From Acidobacteriota bacterium (GTDB taxonomy: Bacteria > Acidobacteriota > Thermoanaerobaculia > Gp7-AA8), in assembly GCA_019244185.1 (NCBI GenBank), contig JAFATB010000026.1:1-64000 (forward strand): 64,000 bases of DNA, given 5' to 3'. Under the pieces are notes generated by a model that was not told the origin of the DNA, did not search any database, and saw nothing but the letters and a program-made list of their open reading frames with translations. Each line of letters starts with the position of its first letter. The first letter of the stretch is position 1. A program made the translations under genes and the position numbers. Shown piece after piece: positions 41,783 through 52,141 of the stretch.

Positions 41783-43472
41783 GGAGTCCTGCGGCCGGAA
41801 TCCAGCCGGGGTTGCGATCGAGGCCGGCCATGCGGATCTCGATCGGATGCGCGGCGAGAGCGAAGGCGACGTCGAGGTGCGCGGGCGTGAGCGTGATGCG
41901 GCCGTAGCGGCGGATGAGAAACGCGGCGGGATCGTCGACATCGAGGAAAAGGGCGAGCGTTTCGCGAACGCGCGCGAGGAGCTCGTCGTCGAGCGGCGGG
42001 AGTTCGTCGTGCGGCTCGCGGCCGGCGAGGCGCGCGAGGAGCGGCCAGACGTCGTCGTCTTCGATCGCGGGAACGAGCGCGCGCGCGGTGCACGCGAGAA
42101 AGTCCCAGAGGTTCAGCTCGGGCGCGTCGGCCGCGTACGGATCGTAGAGCTCGAGCGCGAGGGCGATGTTGAGGAGGAAGAAGACGCCGGCGTGAGGCGA
42201 GTCGATGGCGTGCGCGAGGAGGGTCGGGAGGGCGGGCGGGGCGAGGGGCTCGTCGTCGTCGGCGGCGGTGTCGATCGTTGCTTCGACGGCGTCGTTCGCG
42301 TCGGGCGGCAGGGCGGTGGTCGATGAAAGCAACGGATGCGGCGCCGGGTCATCGAGTCGAGCGACCTCGGTGACCGAGGCGACGTCGTGCGTGTCGAGCG
42401 TGCTTGCGTGTTCGTGCTCGCGCACGCTCGTCGTGGGGGCGAGGTCTTGTGGTGTTGCGAGCTCGCGTGCGTCGATCGAGGGTTCGGATCGTGAGTCGTC
42501 GAGCGCGCGCACGGGTGGCTGCGAAGCGAGCGGCGCGTCGCGCACGTCTTCGCGGTGCGATTCCTGCGCGCGCGGTGCATCGACGCGATGCGCCGCCGGC
42601 GCGTCATCGAATGCGCGCGGCGTTGCCGCATCATGCGACCCGACCTCGGGCGACGCGGCAGCCTGCACGCGCGATTCGTGCGCGCGCGGTGGTACGGCGA
42701 TCGCGTCGAGGATCGGTTCGAGCGCGCGCGCACTCGGAAGTGCGTGCGGCGAGCGCACGCGTTCGATGACAGCGACGAAGAGCTGCTGTTCCGTCGTTAG
42801 CGCCGCGGGTGGCGGAACGTTCGGCGACGCGAGCACGCGCGCGAGCGTCGCCATCCGCGGCGGCGACGGCTGCGCATGCGCTTCCGACACGATGCGCGCG
42901 AGCGCGTCGTGTCCGTGCGCATCGAGCACGCGCGTCGCGAGCGCAATCGCATCCTCCGCCGCGAGCTGCCGCACGAACGCTAGCGCCTCGCCGCGCTCCG
43001 CGAGCAGCGCGTATGCGGCGGCGACGTAGTCGGGCGCGCGCAGCCATTCGCGGATCACCGCCTCGAACGACATCCCGCGGACGAGATGCATCCACCACCA
43101 CGCGTCGAGCGCGCCGCGGCACGCGTCACGCGCCGCGCACGCGAGCAGCTCCGCGCGATCGGCGAACAGCACCGCGTCCGCCGCCGCCGGCACGAACCCG
43201 AGCGCGGGACGCACCGCGCGGCGCAAAGCGTCGCCGATCGCGATTCGCGCGGCGCGCTCCCACGAAGTCGCGCGCGACGCGTGCGACGAGCGCACGTCGA
43301 TCGCGCCCGGCATCGGATCCGCCAGCGCGCGAATGCAGAGGATCGCCTGCGGCGGCATGCCGTGCGGCTCGAGGTCGAGCGCGCGCAGCGCCGCCTCGCC
43401 GCGCATGCGCACGGCGAGGGCGTCCTCCGCATTCGCGCGGACGCGTACGCGTCCGATGGTGGTCGCCGGCAT
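41760..43472 (-). CDS. eCIS protein, possibly tape-measure (Afp14-like)
   Basis: Immediately upstream of the ATPase; low-complexity middle; C-terminal AGVFFLLN and AGLDRNPGWIP. Confidence 0.5.
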   Translation of the reverse strand: MPATTIGRVRVRANAEDALAVRMRGEAALRALDLEPHGMPPQAILCIRALADPMPGAIDVRSSHASRATSWERAARIAIGDALRRAVRPALGFVPAAADAVLFADRAELLACAARDACRGALDAWWWMHLVRGMSFEAVIREWLRAPDYVAAAYALLAERGEALAFVRQLAAEDAIALATRVLDAHGHDALARIVSEAHAQPSPPRMATLARVLASPNVPPPAALTTEQQLFVAVIERVRSPHALPSARALEPILDAIAVPPRAHESRVQAAASPEVGSHDAATPRAFDDAPAAHRVDAPRAQESHREDVRDAPLASQPPVRALDDSRSEPSIDARELATPQDLAPTTSVREHEHASTLDTHDVASVTEVARLDDPAPHPLLSSTTALPPDANDAVEATIDTAADDDEPLAPPALPTLLAHAIDSPHAGVFFLLNIALALELYDPYAADAPELNLWDFLACTARALVPAIEDDDVWPLLARLAGREPHDELPPLDDELLARVRETLALFLDVDDPAAFLIRRYGRITLTPAHLDVAFALAAHPIEIRMAGLDRNPGWIPAAGLHVAFHFD

Positions 43473-43484
43473 CCGAGTTCCCGT

Positions 43485-45623
43485 TCAGAACGACCAGCGC
43501 AGTCCGAGCTGCAGCGTCGACCAGTCGACCGGATCGGTCGAGTGATGGTTGTACGCCGCCTCGACGCCCCACTTCGGGTTCACGTTCCAGAGCAGACCGG
43601 CGCCGGCGTTGAAGCCGAACTCCGTGTCGTCCGGCGGATCGATGCGATACACGCCGACGCCCGCGTTGACGAACGGCTGCAGCGCCGACGTGCCGAAGAA
43701 GTACTTCGCGTTCGCGGAGAGCTGCCACGCGTTGACGTCGTCGATCACCGCGTCGAACGCGTGGTAGCCGAGGATGCCTTCGATCGACCAATTGTTCGTC
43801 AGCCGGCGTTCGAGCCCGGCGTTGATGCTGAAGCGGCCGTCGAGCGCGCCGTTGGGCGAGTTGCCGCCGGCATCGACGAAGAAGCGCCACGCGCCGGACG
43901 GCCCGGATTGGCCGTGCTCGCGCGCCTCGATCGTGGTGATGACATGCACCACGCCGTCATTCGGTACATGCGAGATCTTGTAGAAGTTCGGCGCCACCTG
44001 GGTGAGCGTCACGTCTTCGCCGACGGTCTCGTGCGCCCAGCCGAGGAGGTCGCCATTGTGGATCACGCGATAGCCGAAGCCGCCCTGCGGGATGAGGATC
44101 GGGTGGCCGTTGATCGCTTTGCCGGAGTCGTAGAAGACGTGCACGCGATACGTCGGAATGACCGAATCCATCTGCGCTTCGGTGAGACGTCCCGCGGCCG
44201 CGGCGGCCTCGTACTGCGCCGGCGTCATGTCATGGCCGTTCGGATCGTTGAGGAGTCCGGGCGGCGGAGGAGGCGGCGGCGTCTTCACGACGGCCGGCAT
44301 GTTCGCGGTCTCGACGAGCAGGTAGACGTCGCGTCCGACGGCGGCGATCGGCGTCAGTCCTTTGATGCTGATCTCCGCGCGATGCACGAACTTCGACGCG
44401 GAGACGAAGCTCATGTTGCGGCGGATGCTGTTGTTCGTGAACGTGAGTCCGGTGGTGCTGGTCAGCTCGACGAGCAGGCAGTTGTCGCGGCTGCGCGTGC
44501 CGTTCTCGAACGGCACGATGTCGGCGTTCGACAGCGTCCAGTCGAAGTGGTTGTCGTTCGACGCGTTCGCGGTCGTGGCGTTCGGGATCGCGTTGGCGTT
44601 GCCGACGTCGTCGCCGCCGGGGATGGTCGCCCACAGCGCATTCGGATCGGCGCTGCTTTCATCGCCCGGCATCGAGCCCCAGTTCGCGAGGCGGAAGCGC
44701 GCGCGCAGCGTGCCGGCGTTGATCGGCGCGCCGCTGTTGTTCGTGGCGCGCGCGAAGAAGGTGTTCACCGGCTTGGGGAGCGTGGTGCTGTAGTTGACCT
44801 GATACGACGGCGAGTTGGTCGTGCCGATCTGATAGACGTCGAGCGAGACGCCGGAGTTCGCGCAGTTCGGATCGGACGGGCCGGTGCTGAGCCGGAACGC
44901 GTCCCACGCGCCGGGTGACGTGGGGACGGGGAACGTCGCGATCTGCCCGAGCATCGACGGCGGGCCGAGGAACGAGGTGCGCGGCCAGGCGAAGGGGAAC
45001 TGCGGCGATGACGGCGTGCCGATCAGCACCTCGTACCACATGTTGAAGTTGGAGGCCGACACGTTGACGGCACTGATCGGCACGAGCATCTGCACGGCGA
45101 ACGAGTTCGCGGTGGGGTTGTTGATCCAGACGCGCGTGTTCGACAGCCACGGCAGGTTCAGCGCGGCGCCGAGCGAGCCGTCGTTGTTCAGCACGTTCGC
45201 CGTCGTCGACCCCGCCACATCCTCGGACGGCACCAGCGTCGGCAGCGACACGCTGATGACCATCGGTCCCGCGCCGCCGGCGCGCTCGAAGCCGACGTAG
45301 AGCGTGTTCTGGTTCGCGTTCATCGCCGGCGCGAGGAACACGCGCCACGACAGGAAGAGGTTCTGGTTGGCATTGTCGTGCAGCGCGCGGAAGTCGGCCT
45401 GCGTGGCCGTGCCGTCGCCGTACGTGAGCACGCCGGCGCCGACCCAGCGCGGATCGTCGAGATGATGCGCGTAGATCGCCTGCGGCGGAATCGGATCCCA
45501 CCAGTTCGGCGGCGTGGCGTTGCCGAAGACGCCGGTCGCGGGCGGAATGCAGACCGCGGCGACGAGCGCGGGCGCGACGGCCGCGGTGAGGACGAGGGCG
45601 AGTGCGAGTTGCTTGAGGCGCAT
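43485..45623 (-). CDS. Sec-exported beta-rich protein with C-terminal outer-membrane beta-barrel
   Basis: Signal peptide; last about 135 aa are alternating beta strands (QPFVNAGVG, GFNAGAG) ending LGLRWSF with terminal Phe. Confidence 0.75.
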   Translation of the reverse strand: MRLKQLALALVLTAAVAPALVAAVCIPPATGVFGNATPPNWWDPIPPQAIYAHHLDDPRWVGAGVLTYGDGTATQADFRALHDNANQNLFLSWRVFLAPAMNANQNTLYVGFERAGGAGPMVISVSLPTLVPSEDVAGSTTANVLNNDGSLGAALNLPWLSNTRVWINNPTANSFAVQMLVPISAVNVSASNFNMWYEVLIGTPSSPQFPFAWPRTSFLGPPSMLGQIATFPVPTSPGAWDAFRLSTGPSDPNCANSGVSLDVYQIGTTNSPSYQVNYSTTLPKPVNTFFARATNNSGAPINAGTLRARFRLANWGSMPGDESSADPNALWATIPGGDDVGNANAIPNATTANASNDNHFDWTLSNADIVPFENGTRSRDNCLLVELTSTTGLTFTNNSIRRNMSFVSASKFVHRAEISIKGLTPIAAVGRDVYLLVETANMPAVVKTPPPPPPPGLLNDPNGHDMTPAQYEAAAAAGRLTEAQMDSVIPTYRVHVFYDSGKAINGHPILIPQGGFGYRVIHNGDLLGWAHETVGEDVTLTQVAPNFYKISHVPNDGVVHVITTIEAREHGQSGPSGAWRFFVDAGGNSPNGALDGRFSINAGLERRLTNNWSIEGILGYHAFDAVIDDVNAWQLSANAKYFFGTSALQPFVNAGVGVYRIDPPDDTEFGFNAGAGLLWNVNPKWGVEAAYNHHSTDPVDWSTLQLGLRWSF

Positions 45624-45636
45624 GTGACGTTCTCCT

Positions 45637-46827
45637 TCAGCCGAGCTGCAGTTGCAGCGTGCGCGTGCGGTTCTGCGTTTGGCCCTGGCGGGTGACTTTG
45701 ACTTCGAGCGTGCCGGCAGTGGCGCCGGCGTTGCGCTGGATGGCGATGACGATGTTCTTCGACGCTTTGCCGTTGCCGGCGTTGATCTCCGTCTGCAGCA
45801 CGGGCAGCGGATTCGGCGTGTTCACCGCGACGACGAGCCCCCAGTTCGCCGCGCCGTTCTTGAGCGACGGCGCGATGTCGTAGTTGCCCTGCACGGTGAA
45901 CGTCGATGGGAACGACAGGTTGACGATCGCGCCGTTGCCCGCGGTGAGCGTGGTGGCGTTCAGCGCCGCGCTGCCGCTGACGACGTCGGCGGTCGGCGCG
46001 TTGAGCGTGATCGTCGAGTCAGGCTGCTGCACCGCGGAGCCGACGGCGAACGGCATGTTGCCCGACGACCCGGTGACGGCGCCCGAGGCGACGTTCAGCG
46101 CGACGGTGAACGCCGTGCCGTTCGGCACGTTCGGGATCGGGTTGATCACGACGAAGACGGTCTTCGACTGTCCCGGCGTCAGCGTGACCTGACCGCCCGG
46201 AATCTCGACCTGATTCGAGTCGAGCAGCCGCAGCCCGGACGTCCAGAGCGCCTGGCTGACGGATGAGATGACGCTCGGCGTGAGCGCGAACGTCGCCTCG
46301 AGGTTCGCCTGCGAGACGACCTGGAACTGGAACGACGCCTGCGCGTTGGCGGTCGGCGTCGCGGGCTGCACGTTGATGAAGTTCACGTCGGCGGCGCCGG
46401 CGAGCGTCATCGCCGAGCGCAGGATCAGCGTCCGCTGCGTGCTCGACGTGGCGTTGCTGACCGTGAGCACCGCGGGGCGGCCGTTCACCGGCGCGTCGAC
46501 GATCGTCAGCGGAACCTTGAAGCTCAGCAGCTGATCGGAGCTGCCGGCTTCGAACGCGTTCACGCGCACGTCGTCGATGTAGACGCGGTGCGAGCCGACG
46601 GAGAAGCCGAAGTTCGCGCCGTGCACGCGCACCAGCTCGCCGACCTTCACGTTGCCGGACGGCGGCTCGATGGCGCTGATCACGACGTCGCTGCCCGACT
46701 GCGCGCCGGTCTGCTCGACCGCGGCGAGGCGTTGATCGATCGAGTTGAGCAGATCGATCAGATCGTTGATCTGCCCGGCCGTGATCAGATCGCCGGGCTG
46801 TACGTGCGGAAGTCCTGTCGTCGTCAT
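45637..46827 (-). CDS. IPT/TIG (Ig-like) domain protein, candidate fibre/adhesin
   Basis: V.PGDLITA..IN N-terminus, ISAIEP...G..V.V.G.NFG, Ig-like strands. Confidence 0.6.
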   Translation of the reverse strand: MTTTGLPHVQPGDLITAGQINDLIDLLNSIDQRLAAVEQTGAQSGSDVVISAIEPPSGNVKVGELVRVHGANFGFSVGSHRVYIDDVRVNAFEAGSSDQLLSFKVPLTIVDAPVNGRPAVLTVSNATSSTQRTLILRSAMTLAGAADVNFINVQPATPTANAQASFQFQVVSQANLEATFALTPSVISSVSQALWTSGLRLLDSNQVEIPGGQVTLTPGQSKTVFVVINPIPNVPNGTAFTVALNVASGAVTGSSGNMPFAVGSAVQQPDSTITLNAPTADVVSGSAALNATTLTAGNGAIVNLSFPSTFTVQGNYDIAPSLKNGAANWGLVVAVNTPNPLPVLQTEINAGNGKASKNIVIAIQRNAGATAGTLEVKVTRQGQTQNRTRTLQLQLG

Positions 46828-46841
46828 GCGCTCTCCTTCGT

Positions 46842-48089
46842 CTATGCGTAGCTCGCGTAGCCCCAGTGGGCGAGGTCGAAATGCGCGCCGGCGCGCGTGG
46901 GGACGTGACCGTTCGTGAACACGACCGCGGGCGCGACCGGGAAGCTGCCGTCGATGGCCTGGCGGTTCTCGCGGATGTTGTAGAGGCGGATCAGTTCCTT
47001 GTCCGCGAGGCGAATCGGCGGATACCGCACGGCCTCGGCGAACAGCTGCTCGACGCGCGCGCCTTCGGTGAAGCGCGGCCCGAGCGTCGTCAGTCCGCCG
47101 AAGAACTGCGACGGTTCAAAGCCCGCATGTCCGGTGATGTTCGCGGGGAGGATCCCGGCCGGCGGCAGGTACATGAAGATGTCCGTTGCGGTGAGGCTCG
47201 CCGGATTTCCGGAGACCGCGAGCTGCGCGGCGATGTGCTCCTGGAACTGCTGGATCATCGCTTCCGCCACCGCGACGCGAACGTCGTCGAGCACGCCGTC
47301 GAGCACGGACTGCGACGCGGCACGCATGTGCGTCACGCGGCGCCGGACCGACCAGAGATCGAGCCAGCGGATGCCGCCGGTCGCCGTCCAGTACAGCAGC
47401 GCGAGCGGCACGTCGCATTCGGTGAGCGCGGTGACGTCGTCGAGCAGCGTCCGCGGTTCCGCATCGGCGGCGAACGGATCCTTCGTGACGTCGAGCAGAT
47501 GCGCGGCGCCGAAGCATTGATATGCAACGATGTTGCGGAGATGGTTGACGTCGCCGAGCGTGGCGGCGGGCACGGGCAGCTCCAGCAGGCGGAACTCGAC
47601 GGCGTCGATGACGTCCTTCACGTTGCAGCCGCGCGGCGTGTCGCCGAGGCCGCTCACCTGCGCGAGGCCGTTGCCGGTGCGGATCGGCGAGATGGTGAGG
47701 AGGTAAACGCCGGCGTTCGCGATGTACGTGCCGCTCGAGATCGGCGTGCACGTGCGGAAGATCTTTGCGACGTCGGGCACCGGATCATCGGGACGCACGA
47801 GCTGCACGTCGACGTCGTTCGCGAGCAGCAGCAACTCTCCGCGGCGATCGATGGCGAGACCCGACTCGATCGTCACGACCGGGCGCGTGAGCGTGTTCGA
47901 CGCGGTGGCGATGGAGACTTCCAGTCCGTAGACGACGCCGTCGCCGATCGCTTGTCCGAGCAGCTCGCGCGCGGTGCGTTGCGCGCGCTGCTCGTCGGTC
48001 ATCGCCTCGCCGGTCAGCAGGCGTCCGTTGAAGAAGTTCGGCGCGCGGGTGCGCTCGTTGACGATCGGCTTGAAAAGGTCGCTGGCCAT
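46842..48089 (-). CDS. eCIS fibre/baseplate-attachment protein
   Basis: NFFNGRLLT....EQ, GDGVVYGL.V, GLAID..G motifs typical of CIS fibre N-termini. Confidence 0.6.
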   Translation of the reverse strand: MASDLFKPIVNERTRAPNFFNGRLLTGEAMTDEQRAQRTARELLGQAIGDGVVYGLEVSIATASNTLTRPVVTIESGLAIDRRGELLLLANDVDVQLVRPDDPVPDVAKIFRTCTPISSGTYIANAGVYLLTISPIRTGNGLAQVSGLGDTPRGCNVKDVIDAVEFRLLELPVPAATLGDVNHLRNIVAYQCFGAAHLLDVTKDPFAADAEPRTLLDDVTALTECDVPLALLYWTATGGIRWLDLWSVRRRVTHMRAASQSVLDGVLDDVRVAVAEAMIQQFQEHIAAQLAVSGNPASLTATDIFMYLPPAGILPANITGHAGFEPSQFFGGLTTLGPRFTEGARVEQLFAEAVRYPPIRLADKELIRLYNIRENRQAIDGSFPVAPAVVFTNGHVPTRAGAHFDLAHWGYASYA

Positions 48090-48098
48090 GACGCGCTC

Positions 48099-49472
48099 CT
48101 ATCCCAGCCGGTTGATCTCGACGTTGAACATCGTGGCGCGCAGGTTCGGCTCGGTGACGTTGGCCGCGCCGTTGGTCACGCGCAGGAGGATGCCGTCCGC
48201 GACGAAGCTGTCCAGCTGGACGGTCGGATTCGGGATCGGTCCGATTTGCGGCAACGCGCGCACGAGGTACGTGTGCGCGCCGCCCGGTTGTGCGTAGCCG
48301 TCGAACGCGAGACGGATCGTGTTCGCCGCCTGGAAGAAGACGGCCAGGCTGCCGAACACCGGCGCCTGATTCGCGTTGACGCTGACGTTGCCGGCCGCGA
48401 CGAGCGCCGCGTGCGGCGTCGTCGAGGAGGACGCGCCGCCGCCGGCGAGCAGCTCCTGCAGCATGCGCAGGTGCAGCAGGATCGGGCGCCGCGACTCGTC
48501 GATGGTGACGGTACCGAGGTCGTCGACGAGCCAGTTGCCGGCGCTCTCGATGACCGGCACTTCGAGGCGTGCGAGCAGCAGGCACTCGTCCGCTTTCGGT
48601 GCGTCGCCGTCCTTGCCGCCGCAGCATCCGCCGCCGCAGCCGCAGAGCGAGTGCACTTTCGGGCGGATGTCTTCGATCCAGACGAGGAACGCCGCGCGGT
48701 AGTAGTCGGCGCTCAAAGCCGGATCGAGCTCCATCCCGAAGAGCGCACTGAAGTCGAGATGCACCTCCGCCGAGGCGGAGAGCGGGGAAGAAATCGGGGA
48801 GGAAAGCGGCGATGACGGCGGTGAGGAAACGCTCGTCGTGACGATGTTGGCGAGCGCCTTTTGAAAATCGTCGACGGAGAGATACGGTCCGCCGCCGCCG
48901 AACGTGAGCTGCGCCAGTCCCGCGGCAAATTCGCGCAGGAGATCTTCTTCCGCCTGATTCGGCGCGGCCGTGCGCAGCTCGAGCGAGAAGTCGTCGACGA
49001 GTCTCGACGGCGCCATGAGCTCGTCCTCGGAACGGCACGGCGAGCCGGGGATCGGCACGAGGTCGACCGGACAGTCGCGATAGCAGAGCGTGAGATACAG
49101 CTCGATCGTGCCGGCGATCGGCGAGCCGACGAGCGCGGGAATCTCTTTGTCGTGCGCGGCGAGCCAGTCGTTGAGATACGCGCACTGCGCCGGCTTCACG
49201 CAAACGAGCTGGCCGCGCGGCGTGAGCGCGCTGCCGCTGGTCACGGTGAGCCGCGGACCTTTGGCGCCGCTGTCGACCGTGACTTTGAGTCCGTTCAGCG
49301 TGCCGTAGCCGATCGCGTCGCGCGCGAGCCAGCGGTCGCGCCCCGCGAGGTACGCGAACTCCTGATTGAAGTCGTCGACGCCCAGCACCATGCCGAGCGC
49401 GTAGTTGACGTGGCGCGAGGGATCGGGTGCTTTGGCCTCGGCGGCCGAGGCGGGTACAGCGAAGGTGGTCAT
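48099..49472 (-). CDS. eCIS fibre/baseplate-attachment protein (paralogous N-terminus)
   Basis: VNY..GMVL..DDF.QE, GYGT..GL.V, G.AL...G. Confidence 0.6.
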   Translation of the reverse strand: MTTFAVPASAAEAKAPDPSRHVNYALGMVLGVDDFNQEFAYLAGRDRWLARDAIGYGTLNGLKVTVDSGAKGPRLTVTSGSALTPRGQLVCVKPAQCAYLNDWLAAHDKEIPALVGSPIAGTIELYLTLCYRDCPVDLVPIPGSPCRSEDELMAPSRLVDDFSLELRTAAPNQAEEDLLREFAAGLAQLTFGGGGPYLSVDDFQKALANIVTTSVSSPPSSPLSSPISSPLSASAEVHLDFSALFGMELDPALSADYYRAAFLVWIEDIRPKVHSLCGCGGGCCGGKDGDAPKADECLLLARLEVPVIESAGNWLVDDLGTVTIDESRRPILLHLRMLQELLAGGGASSSTTPHAALVAAGNVSVNANQAPVFGSLAVFFQAANTIRLAFDGYAQPGGAHTYLVRALPQIGPIPNPTVQLDSFVADGILLRVTNGAANVTEPNLRATMFNVEINRLG

Positions 49473-52141
49473 CGCGATCCTCCAGAGGTCGGTGGCGGAC
49501 AGCCGCAGTCCGACGCGAGCGTGGAACGTCCGGCCAGCCAGCCGGAGCCGAGGTAGTTGCGATCGAGGACGAACGCCGAGAGCAGTTCGGGCGAGCGCGA
49601 GCCGATGTCGACGACCGTGTCTTCACCGAGACGCGCCTCGCCGACGCGGAAGAAAGCCCAGTAGAACTTCACGTCGAACGCGGTGTGCGCGGGCTTCTCC
49701 AGCGCGATGACGCGGCGCGCGAGGTCGAGCTGTTTGTCGCGATCCGCGAGTCCGAGCGTGCCTTGCGGCAGGAAGACGCTGAAGCGATGCGCGGCCACGC
49801 GCGCCGGAAGCACGAGTCCTTCGAAGAGCACCCAGTCGCGCAGCGGCGCGCTGCGCGTGGGGAGCTGCGTGAAGAGCGGAATCGCCGACCACGTCGCGTA
49901 CGCGGTCTGCCATGCGCCATTGAGCTCGGCGAGCGATTTGTAGCGGCGGAAGAGCACCTGCTGCCACAGCGCGAGATCGGCGCTGCTGGCCGACGGCACG
50001 AAGCCGAGCGTCGCGCGCGAGAACTCACGCCACCGCGCGGCGTTGGCAGGCGGTTCAGTGATGCTGTACGTCGCGGCATCGACGCCGGTGAATTCCGCCC
50101 AGCGGCGATTCAGATCGGCGGCGCCGGCAGACGGTTGCCACTTTTGTTCGACGAGGCGCAGCGGCAGGCCGGCGGTGTCGGTCTCGCTCGTGTCGCCGAA
50201 CAGCACGCCGGGCAGACTGCGCGTGCGGAACTTTTCCACGATTCGCGGACCGGCGCGCCGCGGCCGATCGACGTCGAAGATCGTGTCGTTCGGACAGTCT
50301 TCGAAGACGAGGCGCAGCGCCATCATCAGGCCCGGCACCGTGCCGCGCCATTCGAAGAACCGCGCGGCGTAGCGGAGGAAGAGCCGCCGCTTCTGCTCGT
50401 CCCACGCGGGATCGAGCGCGACGTCGAACCAGCTCGCGAGCCACTCCAGCGTCTCCGGCGGCGCGCAGCGCGTGTCGAGCAGACACTGCGCCGCGGCGAT
50501 GCGGTCTTCGATGTTCGTGAAGAAGCCTTCCGCATTGGCGAGGAAGCGGTCGAGGAACGAGGCCGACGCGTCGTTCTCGCGATAGACGCCGGGGAGGTAG
50601 TGCTCGAGGTACGAGAAGCGTGGATACCAGGCGCGCAGCGCGCGGATGCGCGGCGAACTGCGGCCATTGCCGGTGAGCGTGAGCCGCAGCTGCAGGTAGC
50701 GTCCCCGCGCGCGTTGGAAGAGAAGCTCCCACGTGTCGATGCCGGCGCCGCGCGTGTCGGTGGACCACGCGAGCTCGGAGCCGGTGAGGCGGCGCACGAG
50801 CCGCGGCTCGCGATCCCATTCCGCGACGCCGAGCAATGCGGGATCGTTCGCGGCGCGGCTTTCGAGCTCGATGTCGCACTCCGGCGGAATGCACGCGTCG
50901 AGCATCAGCCGGTGCCAGACGCAGTCGGGCTCTTTGCCGTCGAGCCGCGGGATGACGACGGTCGCGGTGTACGCGTAGCGATTGCGGCGTTGTGCGACGA
51001 GCGGCACCCAGCGGTCCTGCGCGTCGTACAGCGTCGTATCCGCGGCGATGAGCGCCTTGCCGCCGAAGAGTCGCATCGGAAAGTAGTCGGGCGCCGGCTG
51101 CAGCGCGATTCCGCCGTCGTCGACATCGAGCGTGAACGTGAACGCCTGATCGCCGTCGGTCGACGCGATGGTCAAGAGGTTGTCCATTCGCGCGAAGTCG
51201 TGGCCGAGCAGGTGAAAGCCGGCCTGCTTGCCGGCTTCGACGAGACTCTTCGCGACGTCGGTCGAGGCGCTCGCACTCGTGCCGTCGTGGTGGACGCGCA
51301 GCACGCGCGAGAAGTCGTCGCCGGCGGGGCTGTCGAGGATGAGAATCGAGTCGTCGTCGAGCACCTCGATGGCCACGGGATCGACGGCGTCGACGAGCAG
51401 CGACATGTCGAGCGCGATGGCGGTCGGCGACTTCGGATGCGTTTCGCTGCCGTCGATCGCGGCGAAGGTCTCGTCCGTTGCGCTGGTGGACGACGCGCCG
51501 AACGCGACGACGCCGAACGTGCGGTCGAGGCGCCACGCGCGTTTGTGCTCGCGATCGAGCACCCACACGCCGCCGTCCTCCGTCGCGCAGAGATCGAATG
51601 GCGCGAACGCGACGGGCCACAGCAGTTGCCGCGGCTCGCCGCCGCGATGCAGATCGAACACGAGCAAGCCCGCGGGCTCGATCGTGCCGACGACGAGGTA
51701 ATGCTGCGTCGTGACCGCGAGTCCGCGCAACGCGAGCGGCGCCGCGACGGCCTGCACTTCGACGTCGCTGAAGAGCGCCGCGTTCGGCGCCACGCATGGC
51801 GCGCACGCATCGAGCGATGCCCAAAAGTGCGACGTCGTGCGGCTGCCCGATGACTCGACGAGCAGCTCGGTGCCGTTCTCCGCGATCCAGTAGATGTTGC
51901 CGAAGGCGTCGGCCGCCGCGCCGCGGCGCGCGCTCACATCGACGGCGCGGTCGCCGCTCGACGGCGTGAACGCGAACGTCCTCGCGCCGAGCGTGAGCTC
52001 GTTGCGCCGCGCGTCCCACGAGAGCTCCGCGTCGGGCTGCGCGAACGCGCTGCCGAGCGGCGTGCCGTTCGCGTTCGTCGCGCGCTGCGCCCAGTCGTCC
52101 GCGCCGAGGAGCAGGTGGAACTTCGTCCCGTTGACGTCCAT
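49469..52141 (-). CDS. Baseplate wedge protein with phage tail protein I-like domain
   Basis: YLPGVYRE...FLDRFL..., L.WLASW, RGT..GL, EKPAHT; TGATG coupling. Confidence 0.8.
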   Translation of the reverse strand: MDVNGTKFHLLLGADDWAQRATNANGTPLGSAFAQPDAELSWDARRNELTLGARTFAFTPSSGDRAVDVSARRGAAADAFGNIYWIAENGTELLVESSGSRTTSHFWASLDACAPCVAPNAALFSDVEVQAVAAPLALRGLAVTTQHYLVVGTIEPAGLLVFDLHRGGEPRQLLWPVAFAPFDLCATEDGGVWVLDREHKRAWRLDRTFGVVAFGASSTSATDETFAAIDGSETHPKSPTAIALDMSLLVDAVDPVAIEVLDDDSILILDSPAGDDFSRVLRVHHDGTSASASTDVAKSLVEAGKQAGFHLLGHDFARMDNLLTIASTDGDQAFTFTLDVDDGGIALQPAPDYFPMRLFGGKALIAADTTLYDAQDRWVPLVAQRRNRYAYTATVVIPRLDGKEPDCVWHRLMLDACIPPECDIELESRAANDPALLGVAEWDREPRLVRRLTGSELAWSTDTRGAGIDTWELLFQRARGRYLQLRLTLTGNGRSSPRIRALRAWYPRFSYLEHYLPGVYRENDASASFLDRFLANAEGFFTNIEDRIAAAQCLLDTRCAPPETLEWLASWFDVALDPAWDEQKRRLFLRYAARFFEWRGTVPGLMMALRLVFEDCPNDTIFDVDRPRRAGPRIVEKFRTRSLPGVLFGDTSETDTAGLPLRLVEQKWQPSAGAADLNRRWAEFTGVDAATYSITEPPANAARWREFSRATLGFVPSASSADLALWQQVLFRRYKSLAELNGAWQTAYATWSAIPLFTQLPTRSAPLRDWVLFEGLVLPARVAAHRFSVFLPQGTLGLADRDKQLDLARRVIALEKPAHTAFDVKFYWAFFRVGEARLGEDTVVDIGSRSPELLSAFVLDRNYLGSGWLAGRSTLASDCGCPPPTSGGSR

